DNA from: Phycisphaerae bacterium
GTDB lineage: Bacteria > Planctomycetota > Phycisphaerae > SM23-33
Assembly (NCBI GenBank): GCA_041687095.1
Contig: JAWLCQ010000004.1
Location: forward strand, 19,194-83,193
DNA length: 64,000 bases
Direction: 5' to 3'
Positions 29,901-37,371 of this stretch are shown in pieces (position 1 is the stretch's first letter; every line of letters begins with the position of its first letter). The notes below the pieces were generated by a model. That model was given only the letters and a program-made list of their open reading frames with translations. It searched no databases and was not told the DNA's origin. The position numbers and the translations under genes are program-made.

Positions 29901-32900
29901 TGAGGATCAGCTTGTATGTCCCCAGGATGCTGAAGCTGTTGAGGCTGTCGATCGTCACCCACCCGACGGTCTCGTCCTGCGTGTCCAGCGTAACGCTGGC
30001 CCCGCTGGAGAAGACGGCGACGTCATTGGGCCCGGGCACCTCGCCCAGGTCCCAGTTGGTGTAGGTGGACCAACTCCCCGTCCCGCCGATCCAGTGGAAG
30101 GTGCGGGTGTCGTTGTCGGCGAGGGTGATCGTGCCCGTCTCCGGGTACGCCAGGTCGTAGTTCGCCGTATCCAGAAGGGTCAGCGTCAGGTACTCGTCGA
30201 TCTCGGGAGCGGCGTCGTCGATGGGGGTGACGTCGATGTAAACATAGCGCTCGTTGGCGGGGATGGTCACGCTGCCGGTGAGGGACTCGTAGTAGTCCCC
30301 GCTGGCGGCCGTGCCGCTGAGGGAGTAGCTCACCGTCAGCGGACTGCCCGTGGGCCCGGTGCGGTAGACCATGAACCGCCCGCCGTCCTCATTCTCCTCC
30401 GAGGCGTCGGGGTCGATGGTGATCAGGCTGACCTGCTGCGTGGCGGGCTGCTCGTAGGAGGTGAACTCCCACGCGCCCCCGACCTGGGTGAAGTTGACCT
30501 TGGCCCCCCCGGGCAGGTTCACGGTGATCGTGCCCGACCCGTAGGTGACGCTGTAGTCCGCCCCCGCCACCGGCAGGTCTCCGGTGAGGTCGTTGAGCGG
30601 GAGCATCACGGTGACCAGCGGGGTGTTGGCGTTGGCGGTGTAGTCACCGCGGACCTTGTACCACTGCACGCCCATGCGGTCGAAGTACCACGAGCCCTCG
30701 AAGTCCGTCGGCCCCGTGGCCGTCAGCGACGCCGCCGGGCCGAACGTGCGGAGCAGCATCCGCCCGTTGTTGCCCTGGATGACGGCCCCCAGGCCCCCAT
30801 CAATGGTCGAGGCCGCGAAGCCCGCCTGGTACTGGGCCGTCACCACCCCGCTGCCCGAAGCGACGATGTCGTCCAGCAGGATGAGCGCCTCGCCCTGCAG
30901 CTCCTGCTGCGTCATGACGAACACCCGGTGCGCCCGCGTGGCCGCCCCGTTGGCGTAGGCGTCCGTGGTGTCCATCACGAACCCACGGTATCCGGCGGCG
31001 GCGTTCTCGAAGCTGCTGAGGATCGTCGCCATCGGCGTGTTCGAATCCGTCACGCCATTGCCGTCGATCAACGGGATGCTGTGGACCGTCTGGTCCCCGT
31101 CGCTGGCGTTGCCCTGGAAGTAGCCCGGGTCGATGAGGTAGGCCTCCTCGTTCGCCTGGACGACGAAGCTGCCTTTGTCGTACTGCTTGTGGTGCCCGTA
31201 GCGGTGCCCCCCGATCGCCGAGACCACCATGTCCGGGTAGAAGTCCGACCCGTCGGTGCGGATCGTGACGCCCTGCGTATTGTTGTCCAGCACGACCTTC
31301 GTGGCGATGGTGGGGAAGCTCGACGGGCTCGCCGTCGCGTCCCGCCACAGGAACCCCCAGGCGACGTACGGGTCGCGGACGTCGAGGTTGTTGCGGTAGT
31401 AGCTGGAGATGAGCCCGTCGGCGTCGGCGGCGATGCGGGAGGCCATCTCGTCCGCCAGCCAGCGGTACAGCCCGTCGTTGAAGCGGGCGCCGAAGTCCGC
31501 GCAGATGGTGAAGCCCGTCAGGAACGGCTGGGTGTCCCCGAAGCTCTGCATCCCGGTGACCTTGTCGCCCGCGAGCAGGAACTCGACGTAGTCCCGCATG
31601 TTCGACAGCGACGGCGCCGTCAGCAGCCCCTGGTGCGAGCCCGTCGCCTGCTCCAGCGCCTTGGCGAAGTACAGGTAGTACCCGAACCCGTAGTCCCAGT
31701 ACAGCGAGCCCTCCGGGCACCCCCCGTCGACCATGAACCCCTTGTCGATGTAACTGTTCTCCAGCAGGTCGACCGCCCAGTTGATGGCGTAGACGCTCTC
31801 GGTGTACATGGTGTGCTTCATCACCAGGCCGGACATGCCCGCCACCCCGGCGGCGACGACGACGGTGTTGGACCCGGGGTTCCCGTACCACCCCCACGTG
31901 CCCTCGTCGTCGGTGAGCAGGTCGGAGAAGTAGCCCTCGAACCACCCCCGCTCCGTCGCCGTCAACTCGGCGGCGAGGGCGTTGTAGGCCTCGGCCATCG
32001 CGGTCACCCGGCCCACCGCCACCTGCCCCTGCTGGCTCACCCAGCCGATGGTGTTGGCGACGTAGTCGACCTCCCGCATCAGCCGGTCACGGTACTCCGG
32101 CTTGCCCGTCAGCAGATACCCATAGAGGCTCGTCACGATGACCGAGCCGTTGGAGTCGAAGCTGTTGATCAGGCCGGTGGAGAGGTGCTTCTCCGCGCGG
32201 TCGAGGATGGGCTGAACGTAGTCGGCGAAGGCGGGGTTGGCCGCCTTGGCCTTCAGCGCCGCCACCCCCGCGTCGCCGAACCACGGGCTCACGTACGTCG
32301 CGTGATACCCGAACTTCGGGGACCCGCCGAACGTGTTGCCGCCCGTGGCCGCCGCGATCGTCGCCAGCCCCACCGTCGTCCCCCCCGCCGGAACCGTGAA
32401 CGTCGCCTGCCGGGACGACACGATCGTCACGTTCGTCGCCGCCGAACCGTTGACGGAGAACGTCGTCGTCGCCTCGAACCCCGCCCCGAAGACGGTGATC
32501 GTCACCCCCCCGTTCAGATGCGCGTTATCCGGCGTGCAGCTTGACAGGTAACGCCCGTAGGCGACGCCACCGTCCAGGACCGCCGACAGCTCGTTGGGGT
32601 TCACCACCTCCAGCGAGTAGATGCCGTCCGCCGCCGCCATCGCCGGGAGCGTCACCGTGAGCTGCGTGGAACTGTTGAACGTCACGCCCGCCATCGCCGT
32701 CCCGCCGATGCGGACCTCGCAGCCGTTGACGAAGTTCGTCCCCGTCACCGTGATCTGCGAGCCGCTCCCCAGCACCGCCGGGCCGCTGTAGCCCGCAACC
32801 GTCGGCCGCAGGCCTACCGTCAGCAGGACGGTCACCTTCATCGTCTGCGACCCGTCCGTGACGGTGATCGTGCCCGTGTAGCTGCCGTTGGTGAGGCTGG

Positions 32901-35430
32901 CGGCGTCGCAGGTGAGCGTGAGCCCCTGCGGGGCGGACTGGTCGGAAAGGCTGCCGCTCGACGGGGCCACGCCGAGCCAGGCCGCGTCGTCGGTGATGCT
33001 CCAGCCCAGGTTCGCCAGCCCGGCGTTCCACAGCGGGATCTCGACCTGCGTGGACGCCCCGGCGGCGACATCGGCGACGACGACCCGCCGCGGCAACTCC
33101 ACCGTCGCCCCCGGGGCGGTGCCCGAAATGCTCGTCTGGAAGCCCGTCCAACTGTTGCCCTGCATGAACAGGCTGCCCGCCCCCGACCCGAAGTTGATCC
33201 CCACCGAGGCGGCGTACTCGCTGTCGCCCTGCTCCAGGGTGTTGTTGTACAGGATGATGTTGTCGGAGGCCGCGCTGCTGAACAGGAACCCCTTGTGGGC
33301 GCTGAGCACCTGGTTGGAGTCGTAGACGTTCAGCACGGCCTTGCCGGTCTTGAACGCGACGTCGGCGACCTTGTTGATGACGACGTTGTCGCGGAAGACG
33401 TTCAGGAGCTGCGTCTCGCCGTGCGCCATCGTCCCCCCCGACACCGAGGTCGCCCAGCGGACGTAGTCGAAGGTGTTGTTGGCGACGTACTGGCTGTAGT
33501 TGACGGCCGACTCGCTCGTCCCGCCCCCCGGGGTCCACACCACGCCCGAACGCATCTCGTGGAAGTAGTTGTTGTCGACGACGAAGTTGATCCCGCCGTA
33601 GAACGTGTTCACGCCCGAGTTGGCGACGTGAGCGGTCTGGTCGACCGCGAGCTGCGTGCCGTCAAAGTAGTTGTCGTAGACCGCGATCTTGTCGAACGTC
33701 CGAACCAGCAGCACCGTGCTGGTGGTGTCGGGGATGACGTTCCAGGGCTGGGTGACGGTGGTCGTGTACGTCCCCCCGTCGTACGACGCCACCTGCCGCA
33801 CCTGCCCCAACCCCTTCCCGCCCGTGATGACCACCCGCATGTTCGTCGCGGGGGGCGTCGCACCGGGGTTGAACGTGATGGTGTTGCTCGTGGCCCCGGT
33901 GATCGTCCCGTTGTAGAACGGGTAGCTGCCCTCCCACAGGAGCTGCTCCCCGGAGTTCTGATCCCCCCCGCCGGTGCGGACCACGAAGTCCACCGTCTCG
34001 TTGCCCCCGAAGTACTGCTGCGTCTGGCTGCCCCAATGGCAGTAGCCCACCCACGCGCGCCCCTCGCCCCAGCCGCTGGGGTGCGACGGGTTGGACATGT
34101 CGTAGTGCTGGAACGTGTTGTTCGTCACGCTCAACTGCGCGCACGCCCACGCCTCGATCAGGTCCTCGGTGTCGTAGCGGGCGTAGAAGTCACAGTTGTC
34201 GATGAACGTCTGCGATCCGAACCCGCTGACGTGCTTGCCGATCAGCGTGCTGTTGGTCAGGTAGATGTGGTTGGACCCGGTGAAGCTGATGATGCTGTAG
34301 TCCAGCCACCCCGTCTCGTGGACGCTGATGCGGTCCATCCAGACGTAGGCGCCGTTGGCGGCGATGCCCTGCTGGCCCTCGAAGGCGAGGTTCTCGATCC
34401 GCGAGTTGCCCCCGAAGGTGACCTTCGTCGCCTTCCACATCGTCGTCCCCGCCCCGTCCCCGTACGTCCGCACGCCCGAGGGGACGGTGAAGCTCGTCGG
34501 GGACAGGTACGTCCCCGCCGGGAAGTACAGTTGGTCGCCCGCCTGGCAGGCGCTGACGGCCGCCTGGATGAAGCTGCTGTCGTCCGTCACCCCGTCGCCC
34601 GTGGCCCCGTAGCTCATGACGTTGCGGATCGTGCCCGTCCAGGTGACCGGATCGCTCACGGTCAGGGCCGAGGGGCTCTTGCTCCACCCGTAGTCCCCGC
34701 CGTGCCCGTTATGCACCCAGACCTCGTACGTCCCGTTGGAGAGCCCCGCGGGGACGGTGTAGTCGACCTTGTAGGGGTTGGCGGCCGTCACCTCGGCCCA
34801 CGTGCCGCTCCCGACGGAGGGCTTGAGATAGACCCAGGCGGTGTTGGTGCCCTCGTAGGTGGCGTCATGGTAGCTGAGATTACGCCCGAAGACGCTGACG
34901 GTGTCGCCCCGGGTCCCGGCGTTGGAGCCCCACCACGCCTCGGTCTGATTGATGGCGACCGGGTAGCCCACGCCGCTGCTGTTCTGGGCCCACAGCAGGA
35001 GCATGGAGTACTCGCCCGCGTCCTCGGCGAGGCGGACGGCGGCTTGGATGTTATCGGTATCCAGGCGGAGCGTCTCGACGTCGACGAGTTCCCCGTCGAG
35101 CATGTCGCTCTGCCGCCAAGCGTAGAAACGCGTGTCCTTCCCGAAGTCGCTCCCCGTGTAGCCCGAGAGCTGCCACCCCGTCAACGCCATCACGTCCCCG
35201 CCCTCGCCCGTGCGGGTCCACTCCCCGATCTGCGGGGCCCCGGAGACCGGGGTCTGCGTGTTGACGGGCGGCAGGAACACGTCCATGCCCGCCTGCAGGG
35301 CCGGGTTGTCCGCCGGGGCAACCACCGTCTGCAGCCCCGGATACCATGCCGTCAACAGCAGCCTGGGCTCGAGGCTCTCAAGGAATAGCGGGGTCGACTG
35401 AAGCTGAGAGTAATCGGGTCGGGGGGACAT
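20938..35430 (-). CDS. giant secreted multidomain protein (~4830 aa): beta-helix lyase-like, IPT/TIG, heparinase-II/III-like, tandem Calx-beta arrays, Gly-rich modules, C-terminal metzincin-type zinc motif
   Basis: Single uninterrupted ORF (track 20938..35526). Start assigned to the internal ATG at 35430, which has AAAGGAG 7 nt upstream. Motifs are listed in the findings. The overlapping plus-strand 3832-aa ORF is Arg/Gly-rich antisense noise. Confidence 0.85.
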   Translation of the reverse strand: MSPRPDYSQLQSTPLFLESLEPRLLLTAWYPGLQTVVAPADNPALQAGMDVFLPPVNTQTPVSGAPQIGEWTRTGEGGDVMALTGWQLSGYTGSDFGKDTRFYAWRQSDMLDGELVDVETLRLDTDNIQAAVRLAEDAGEYSMLLLWAQNSSGVGYPVAINQTEAWWGSNAGTRGDTVSVFGRNLSYHDATYEGTNTAWVYLKPSVGSGTWAEVTAANPYKVDYTVPAGLSNGTYEVWVHNGHGGDYGWSKSPSALTVSDPVTWTGTIRNVMSYGATGDGVTDDSSFIQAAVSACQAGDQLYFPAGTYLSPTSFTVPSGVRTYGDGAGTTMWKATKVTFGGNSRIENLAFEGQQGIAANGAYVWMDRISVHETGWLDYSIISFTGSNHIYLTNSTLIGKHVSGFGSQTFIDNCDFYARYDTEDLIEAWACAQLSVTNNTFQHYDMSNPSHPSGWGEGRAWVGYCHWGSQTQQYFGGNETVDFVVRTGGGDQNSGEQLLWEGSYPFYNGTITGATSNTITFNPGATPPATNMRVVITGGKGLGQVRQVASYDGGTYTTTVTQPWNVIPDTTSTVLLVRTFDKIAVYDNYFDGTQLAVDQTAHVANSGVNTFYGGINFVVDNNYFHEMRSGVVWTPGGGTSESAVNYSQYVANNTFDYVRWATSVSGGTMAHGETQLLNVFRDNVVINKVADVAFKTGKAVLNVYDSNQVLSAHKGFLFSSAASDNIILYNNTLEQGDSEYAASVGINFGSGAGSLFMQGNSWTGFQTSISGTAPGATVELPRRVVVADVAAGASTQVEIPLWNAGLANLGWSITDDAAWLGVAPSSGSLSDQSAPQGLTLTCDAASLTNGSYTGTITVTDGSQTMKVTVLLTVGLRPTVAGYSGPAVLGSGSQITVTGTNFVNGCEVRIGGTAMAGVTFNSSTQLTVTLPAMAAADGIYSLEVVNPNELSAVLDGGVAYGRYLSSCTPDNAHLNGGVTITVFGAGFEATTTFSVNGSAATNVTIVSSRQATFTVPAGGTTVGLATIAAATGGNTFGGSPKFGYHATYVSPWFGDAGVAALKAKAANPAFADYVQPILDRAEKHLSTGLINSFDSNGSVIVTSLYGYLLTGKPEYRDRLMREVDYVANTIGWVSQQGQVAVGRVTAMAEAYNALAAELTATERGWFEGYFSDLLTDDEGTWGWYGNPGSNTVVVAAGVAGMSGLVMKHTMYTESVYAINWAVDLLENSYIDKGFMVDGGCPEGSLYWDYGFGYYLYFAKALEQATGSHQGLLTAPSLSNMRDYVEFLLAGDKVTGMQSFGDTQPFLTGFTICADFGARFNDGLYRWLADEMASRIAADADGLISSYYRNNLDVRDPYVAWGFLWRDATASPSSFPTIATKVVLDNNTQGVTIRTDGSDFYPDMVVSAIGGHRYGHHKQYDKGSFVVQANEEAYLIDPGYFQGNASDGDQTVHSIPLIDGNGVTDSNTPMATILSSFENAAAGYRGFVMDTTDAYANGAATRAHRVFVMTQQELQGEALILLDDIVASGSGVVTAQYQAGFAASTIDGGLGAVIQGNNGRMLLRTFGPAASLTATGPTDFEGSWYFDRMGVQWYKVRGDYTANANTPLVTVMLPLNDLTGDLPVAGADYSVTYGSGTITVNLPGGAKVNFTQVGGAWEFTSYEQPATQQVSLITIDPDASEENEDGGRFMVYRTGPTGSPLTVSYSLSGTAASGDYYESLTGSVTIPANERYVYIDVTPIDDAAPEIDEYLTLTLLDTANYDLAYPETGTITLADNDTRTFHWIGGTGSWSTYTNWDLGEVPGPNDVAVFSSGASVTLDTQDETVGWVTIDSLNSFSILGTYKLILSNGTLNVNARSGKTHTITCPVSGTASGVNFFGGGTYAFGNTLSDFTGPISISGGTFLYSTAGADTIFGNSANDLTLGGGVLVSIGTNGGDFNPASGRTVTIGEGGATFYANSDDIVFDDADQLQGSGLVTLRAMTYGTQMHLSAAQPNFSGGFLVDHVSGQRRVTELNATVAGALGTGPVTVRGIGGLVSYTWGAQTAVGGVTAGITAEDHGTINLVGTWSSTPDRFTVSEFGQIRGSSAQLGSVYRVSSFSGSPTTPEAILSTGAVVCHTTVSTSSIQNLGTAHDLLFGLGNNFNDPAFTLNIGNGSPWMGIARQTSAFSTSTSEVTRRLQQGTINVDGSNGFTEMVFLSAGNAYGSEERLLLGLDTYCPTFVLTGGNKVVGRVLDGQGRGRFVLDSSAPAYSNAISEWIVGDGTRTGEMMVTYTGGLGGIPVTVQSGSKLTASVTDALNANVTVNTGGTLVGPVTVASGLRLSGGGAVSGSVTVASGGTIAPGSATGAMSITGDLTLENGATYECSLGDTVSDSISVSGVVTLPYGGSTWTLKLVDDGGFVTEDHVLFTFSGTAPDLSGVVLDYGTTGWSGCRLEIQGASVVLTGTWTTVTLEATDTSAHEQGTDTGSFTVTRTGTSGDLTVHYTVGGTAGSGDYTPTLTGSVVIPDGQSSVVVTVTPVDDQEVEGPETLILTLAKDDAYARGAVISGTVTIGDNDGIPTVTLSATDSTAAEAGLATGAFTVTRSFTGGDLTVYYTIGGSATNGSDYVTLTGSVVIPSGQNSAVITVTPIDDDEIEGSESVSVQLASDAAYQIGSPYSGVVNITSDDKPVVSITATDASGSEAGNGTMSFRISRSGPGDIASGDLVVMYGVSGNASAGDYSETLGGTITIPDGELYADIVVTPVNDGAREGHEQLKLTLTTSPTYTLGAPNSATGRILDDDFSAATVTWTNGGGDGLASNPNNWSGALDHGVDVLLDGTSTADLVWDVTYNIDDWTQTSAYTGTVTIGTTYSTFSSTFTTFYVSGNVDLQGGKWTHIANTKGYSESGRDEYRLNAMVYGNLTVASGVSIDVTSKGYVEGKPNYNGGGTHGGRSSYPATPYDDPFMPLYHGTGGGSVSATNFSGGGSVFLVVNGTSTINGSILANVDAPTATYSRAAAGGSVYLETGSLSGSGAIETAGGNSLGGSNTNNGGGGRLAVILTGSASTFANFTGTLSAKAGTGGGFSAKAAAGSVYKQAGSEGPRQGELVIDFANRYGDTVDDYAYQFLAEDMSKVQVTMRQQGLWKLMGNTVIGGLDMASGTNLLLGGYTLTINSAPEEAVFSGTIYLDAAKTQTYDPQVGSSQIVFTRVLRPTVTIEATDPIATEAGPTTGTFTVTRTGPTSGDLVVRYTVGGTASSGDYSETLSGTITIPDGQASATITITPVDDSAIEPDETLVLTLSADAAYNVGSPAGGTVTIVSDDLDTVTLTATDASATEAGPTTGTFTVTRTATQGDLTVNYTIAGTATNTSDYATLSGSVVIPDGQTSATITVTPVDDSDIEADETVLLTLASGGYSIGSPASDTVTIVSDDVPTVTITATDATATEAGQTTGTFTVTRSGSGPALTSGDLTVNYTIAGTATNTTDYSTLSGSVTIPDGQANAVITITPVDDSDIEADETVLLTLASGGYSIGSPASDTVTIVSDDVPTVAITATDATATEAGQTTGTFTVTRSGSGPALTSGDLTVNYTIAGTATNTSDYATLSGSVVIPDGQTSATITVTPVDDSDIEADETVVLTLASGGYSIGSPASDTVTIVSDDVPSVSIVATDSSASETGPDTGTFTVTRSGSGPALTSGDLTVNYTIGGTATNTTDYATLSGSVVIPDGQASATITVTPVDDAETEADETVLLTVASGSGYTVGSPDHATVDIADNDGAVEVNLTATDAFASETGPDDGVFTITRTGTSGDLTVNYTVSGLADSGDYSQTLTGSVVIPNGQGSTTITITPVNDSVKETDEPLTLTLASGTGYTIGANSEATVVIEDNDVPAGTAWWVGQGDDTLASNPYNWAGDALANGVDIALDATSTKDLYWDVTYTVSDWAQASGYTGTVTIPTTYSAYSATFTVMSITGDLEISGGTWTQELNGKGYSEANPDQYRLRVDVGGNLTIGSGGAIDVTSKGYRPGYPNYNGGASHGGLGGTGSSWTGGPVYDSIFAPTLHGMGGGSTSDWQHEGGGSVYLTVAGSSTINGSILANVNAPLQTYTRAGAGGSVYLSTASISGSGSVAAKGGDSTGGSNTGDGGGGRIAVVLTGTGNTFSGYTGSFNAQPGTGGASSAHASAGTIYLQTGDQASGEGQVIIDSFDRNGDTVDDQATVLTSEDLSGSELLLRQKGIVKLTGNQEIGALDMAGGTQLALNGYTLTINQAKSQATLNGTIYLDAPRTQTYDPQQGHAQVVWTVSDTPTVTLTATDASAAEESSETGQFTVTRDQTSGDLTVYYSIGGTATNTSDYATLTGSVVIADGNSSAVITVTPVDDADHEGDETVVLTLSTDAAYTIGTPSSDTVTIADDDPAGPKLLEGVVTTVSNTGWTTVNLANDYNSMVVVCTVVHNGTLPPIAARVQNASGNSFQVRVDRADGQTGDVTGITVHYMVVEEGVYTVANDGVKMEAVKYTSTVTDRKSSWNGQSRTYANSYTTPVVLGQVMSYNDTDWSVFWCRGTSSSTPPTSTTLRTGKHVGEDSDTTRSDETIGYIVIESGSGTINGVDYVAALGADTVQGISDTPPYSYTISGFATVSSATVSQNAMDGADGGWAMLYGPAPVTTTDIDLAVNEDMIGDSERNHTTEQLGYMVFGQAAMQVATAPTTAEPTGVTLSDAPSDDLVQTAIADWEAALNADLSQLLAGVRFVITDLGGSLLAYEDRGVIYLDDDAAGYGWFIDETPLDNAEFTTETAGGLSATDTSPAAGAIDLLTVLRHELGHVLGVAHEDPGSADVMSETLEAGTRKLFDTADEEVVDLLALI
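24100..25500 (-). repeat. tandem ~342-bp (114-aa) coding repeats, near-identical at nucleotide level, each encoding one Calx-beta domain
   Basis: Antisense mini-ORFs at 24464, 24806 and 25148 (spacing exactly 342 bp) give almost identical peptides. The sense units read PTVTITATDATATEAGQTTGTFTVTRSGSGPALTSGDLTVNYTIAGTATNT(S/T)DY(A/S)TLSGSV(V/T)IPDGQ...DETV(L/V)LTLASGGYSIGSPASDTVTIVSDDV. Confidence 0.7.
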
Positions 35431-36030
35431 GGCGTGCTCCTTTGCCCAGGTTGGTGGGCGCGGGGAGGGGTCCCTCCGCGCACACGATAACTGCAGTTGC
35501 ATTCCCTTGGCTCGCCACACCGACAAGGGACCACGCGGACAGACCGCGCGACACCCGCCTCCGCCGGGAGGGGATACGGACGAGACTGTCCCAACCCGAA
35601 CCCGGCCGACGAACCAACCAATTGTGCTCCCGCGCCCGCTTCAGGGACGAGAGCGCCAGACAGGACAAGATCGAAGCGACAGCAAACGAACGGTGTCGGG
35701 CAGGCAATGCGCCCGACGACATGCCAGCACCCTTGAGGATAACAGCACCCCGGATAGCGTCAAGCGAGCAGCAACGAGATAATGTGCGAACGTAGAATAC
35801 TCGCGGCTGAATGTGCAGGAATAGCACCCCCGCGCACCCGGCTGCGCTTCGCTCCGCCCCCTGCATGCCCTACACACTCCGCCCGAAAAAGGGGAACAGG
35901 CTCCGCGGCTGTCTGGCGGTGCCTGCCCCCCGGCGGTTCGCCTGCATGGGCTCGAAAAGCGGGACAGGCACCTGCGCGGCGAACAGCAGCCGCCCTGGCC
36001 CCAGTGCCCATTCTCAAAACCGCTGCTCCG

Positions 36031-37368
36031 CTACCGCTGGTAGATCGGGACGATCTGGTACGCCGGGGTCAGCGCCAGGATCGACAGGGCGGTGGTGTAG
36101 GCGGGGCCGCTCCAGTGGTCGCTGTCGATGACCCCGCTCCGCCGCGGCGGATGGACCCAGGCGCCCTGGTCGTTCTGGTTGGCGAGGAAGATCTCGGCGA
36201 GCTGCGAGTAGAACCGCCGCCAGTGCTCCCCCCCGAGTTGGAACGTGCCCTGCGAGGCGTGGTACATCGCGTAGAAGTACCGCTCCGCCCCCGGGACCGT
36301 GCTGCCGTAGGAGGCGGGGTTGTTCGCCAGGATCCAGTCCCCCGCCGCCTTCGCCACCGGCAGCCCGTGCCTCCCCCCCATCGCCAGCGCCAGCATCCCC
36401 GCCCCCGCCATCGCCCGGTTCGGCCGCTCGGGGGTCTGCGGGGCGTAGATGAACGTCCCGTACGACGGGACGAAGCACCGCCCCACGAACCCCGCCGAAT
36501 CGTCCACGCTCTTGACGGGCACGTCGAACCCGGCGTTCTCGGCCGAGCGGAGGAAGCACATCATCCAGCAGGTGACGGACAGGTCCGAGTCGCACTCCCC
36601 GAAGCTGCCCGGAACGATGTACCGCCACGCCCCGCGGTCCAGAACGCGGCGCTTGGGCTGCTGGTACTGCAGGTCGATGGAGTACTTCAGCGCCCGCTCG
36701 ACGGCCGGTCGGATCCGCAGCGCCCGCTCGCGGTCCGTCATCCCGTAGACCTCGGCGAGGAAGATCCCGGCGATTCCGTGGCTGTACGTCGAGTGGGTGT
36801 AGCGGAAGCGGGAGAGCAGCCCGTCGGACTGCTGGGAGTCCAGGACGTAGTCGATGGCGCGGTTGAGGTGCTCCCCGTAGGGCCCCTGCCCCGGGACGTG
36901 CCCCGCCGCCAGCAGCGCCATCCCGCACAGCGCGGTCACGCCCGGCTGGGACTTGGAGTTGCCCGACTGGAACTGCCCATCCCGAAGCTGCTGCGTGACG
37001 AGGAACGCCAGCGCCCGCTCGACGGACTGGTCCACCCGCCGCCACGTGAGGGCGTCGACGGCGTCCTGGGGGGCGGACTGCGGGGGCTCCTGCGCGAGGG
37101 CGGACGAGGCGACAGACAGCAGGAAGAGGAGGGCAACCGCCACCACCCCAGGTGCGCGAGGCGCGAGCGGGGAGGCAGTGGGGCAATTTCCAATTTCCAA
37201 TTTCCAATTTCCAATTGGTTTGAAGACTGTTCCACAAACCGATTTCCACCGCAGAGAACGCGAAGATCGCAAAGGAGACTGGGCGTAGACAAAGGGAGTC
37301 CCACTCCCCCTCTGCGGCCGTTGCGACCTTTGCGGTGGGTTCTGAAGCAGTCTCTTGGCGGGCTTCAC
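36031..37368 (-). CDS. secreted prenyltransferase/squalene-oxidase-repeat (terpenoid cyclase-like alpha/alpha toroid) protein; start codon uncertain
   Basis: Repeated QxxDGxF/W-type motifs (QLRDGQFQSG, SQQSDGLLS, NQNDQGAWV). Hydrophobic signal-like segment VVAVALLFLLSVASSALAQ. The track start at 37368 is a GTG. A (CAATTTC)n repeat lies between that start and the signal peptide. Confidence 0.6.
   Translation of the reverse strand: MKPAKRLLQNPPQRSQRPQRGSGTPFVYAQSPLRSSRSLRWKSVCGTVFKPIGNWKLEIGNCPTASPLAPRAPGVVAVALLFLLSVASSALAQEPPQSAPQDAVDALTWRRVDQSVERALAFLVTQQLRDGQFQSGNSKSQPGVTALCGMALLAAGHVPGQGPYGEHLNRAIDYVLDSQQSDGLLSRFRYTHSTYSHGIAGIFLAEVYGMTDRERALRIRPAVERALKYSIDLQYQQPKRRVLDRGAWRYIVPGSFGECDSDLSVTCWMMCFLRSAENAGFDVPVKSVDDSAGFVGRCFVPSYGTFIYAPQTPERPNRAMAGAGMLALAMGGRHGLPVAKAAGDWILANNPASYGSTVPGAERYFYAMYHASQGTFQLGGEHWRRFYSQLAEIFLANQNDQGAWVHPPRRSGVIDSDHWSGPAYTTALSILALTPAYQIVPIYQR
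37184..37216. repeat. heptanucleotide microsatellite (CAATTTC)x4 plus a partial unit
   Basis: Perfect tandem heptamers, AT-rich in a roughly 70% GC background, in the 5' region of the prenyltransferase-like gene. Confidence 0.9.
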
Positions 37369-37371
37369 GGA

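Noticed and set aside
21046-32544. 3832-aa plus-strand ORF
   Set aside because: It is antisense to the giant minus-strand gene, which has a coherent domain structure, an RBS and a terminator. The plus-frame product is Gly/Arg/Val-rich noise.
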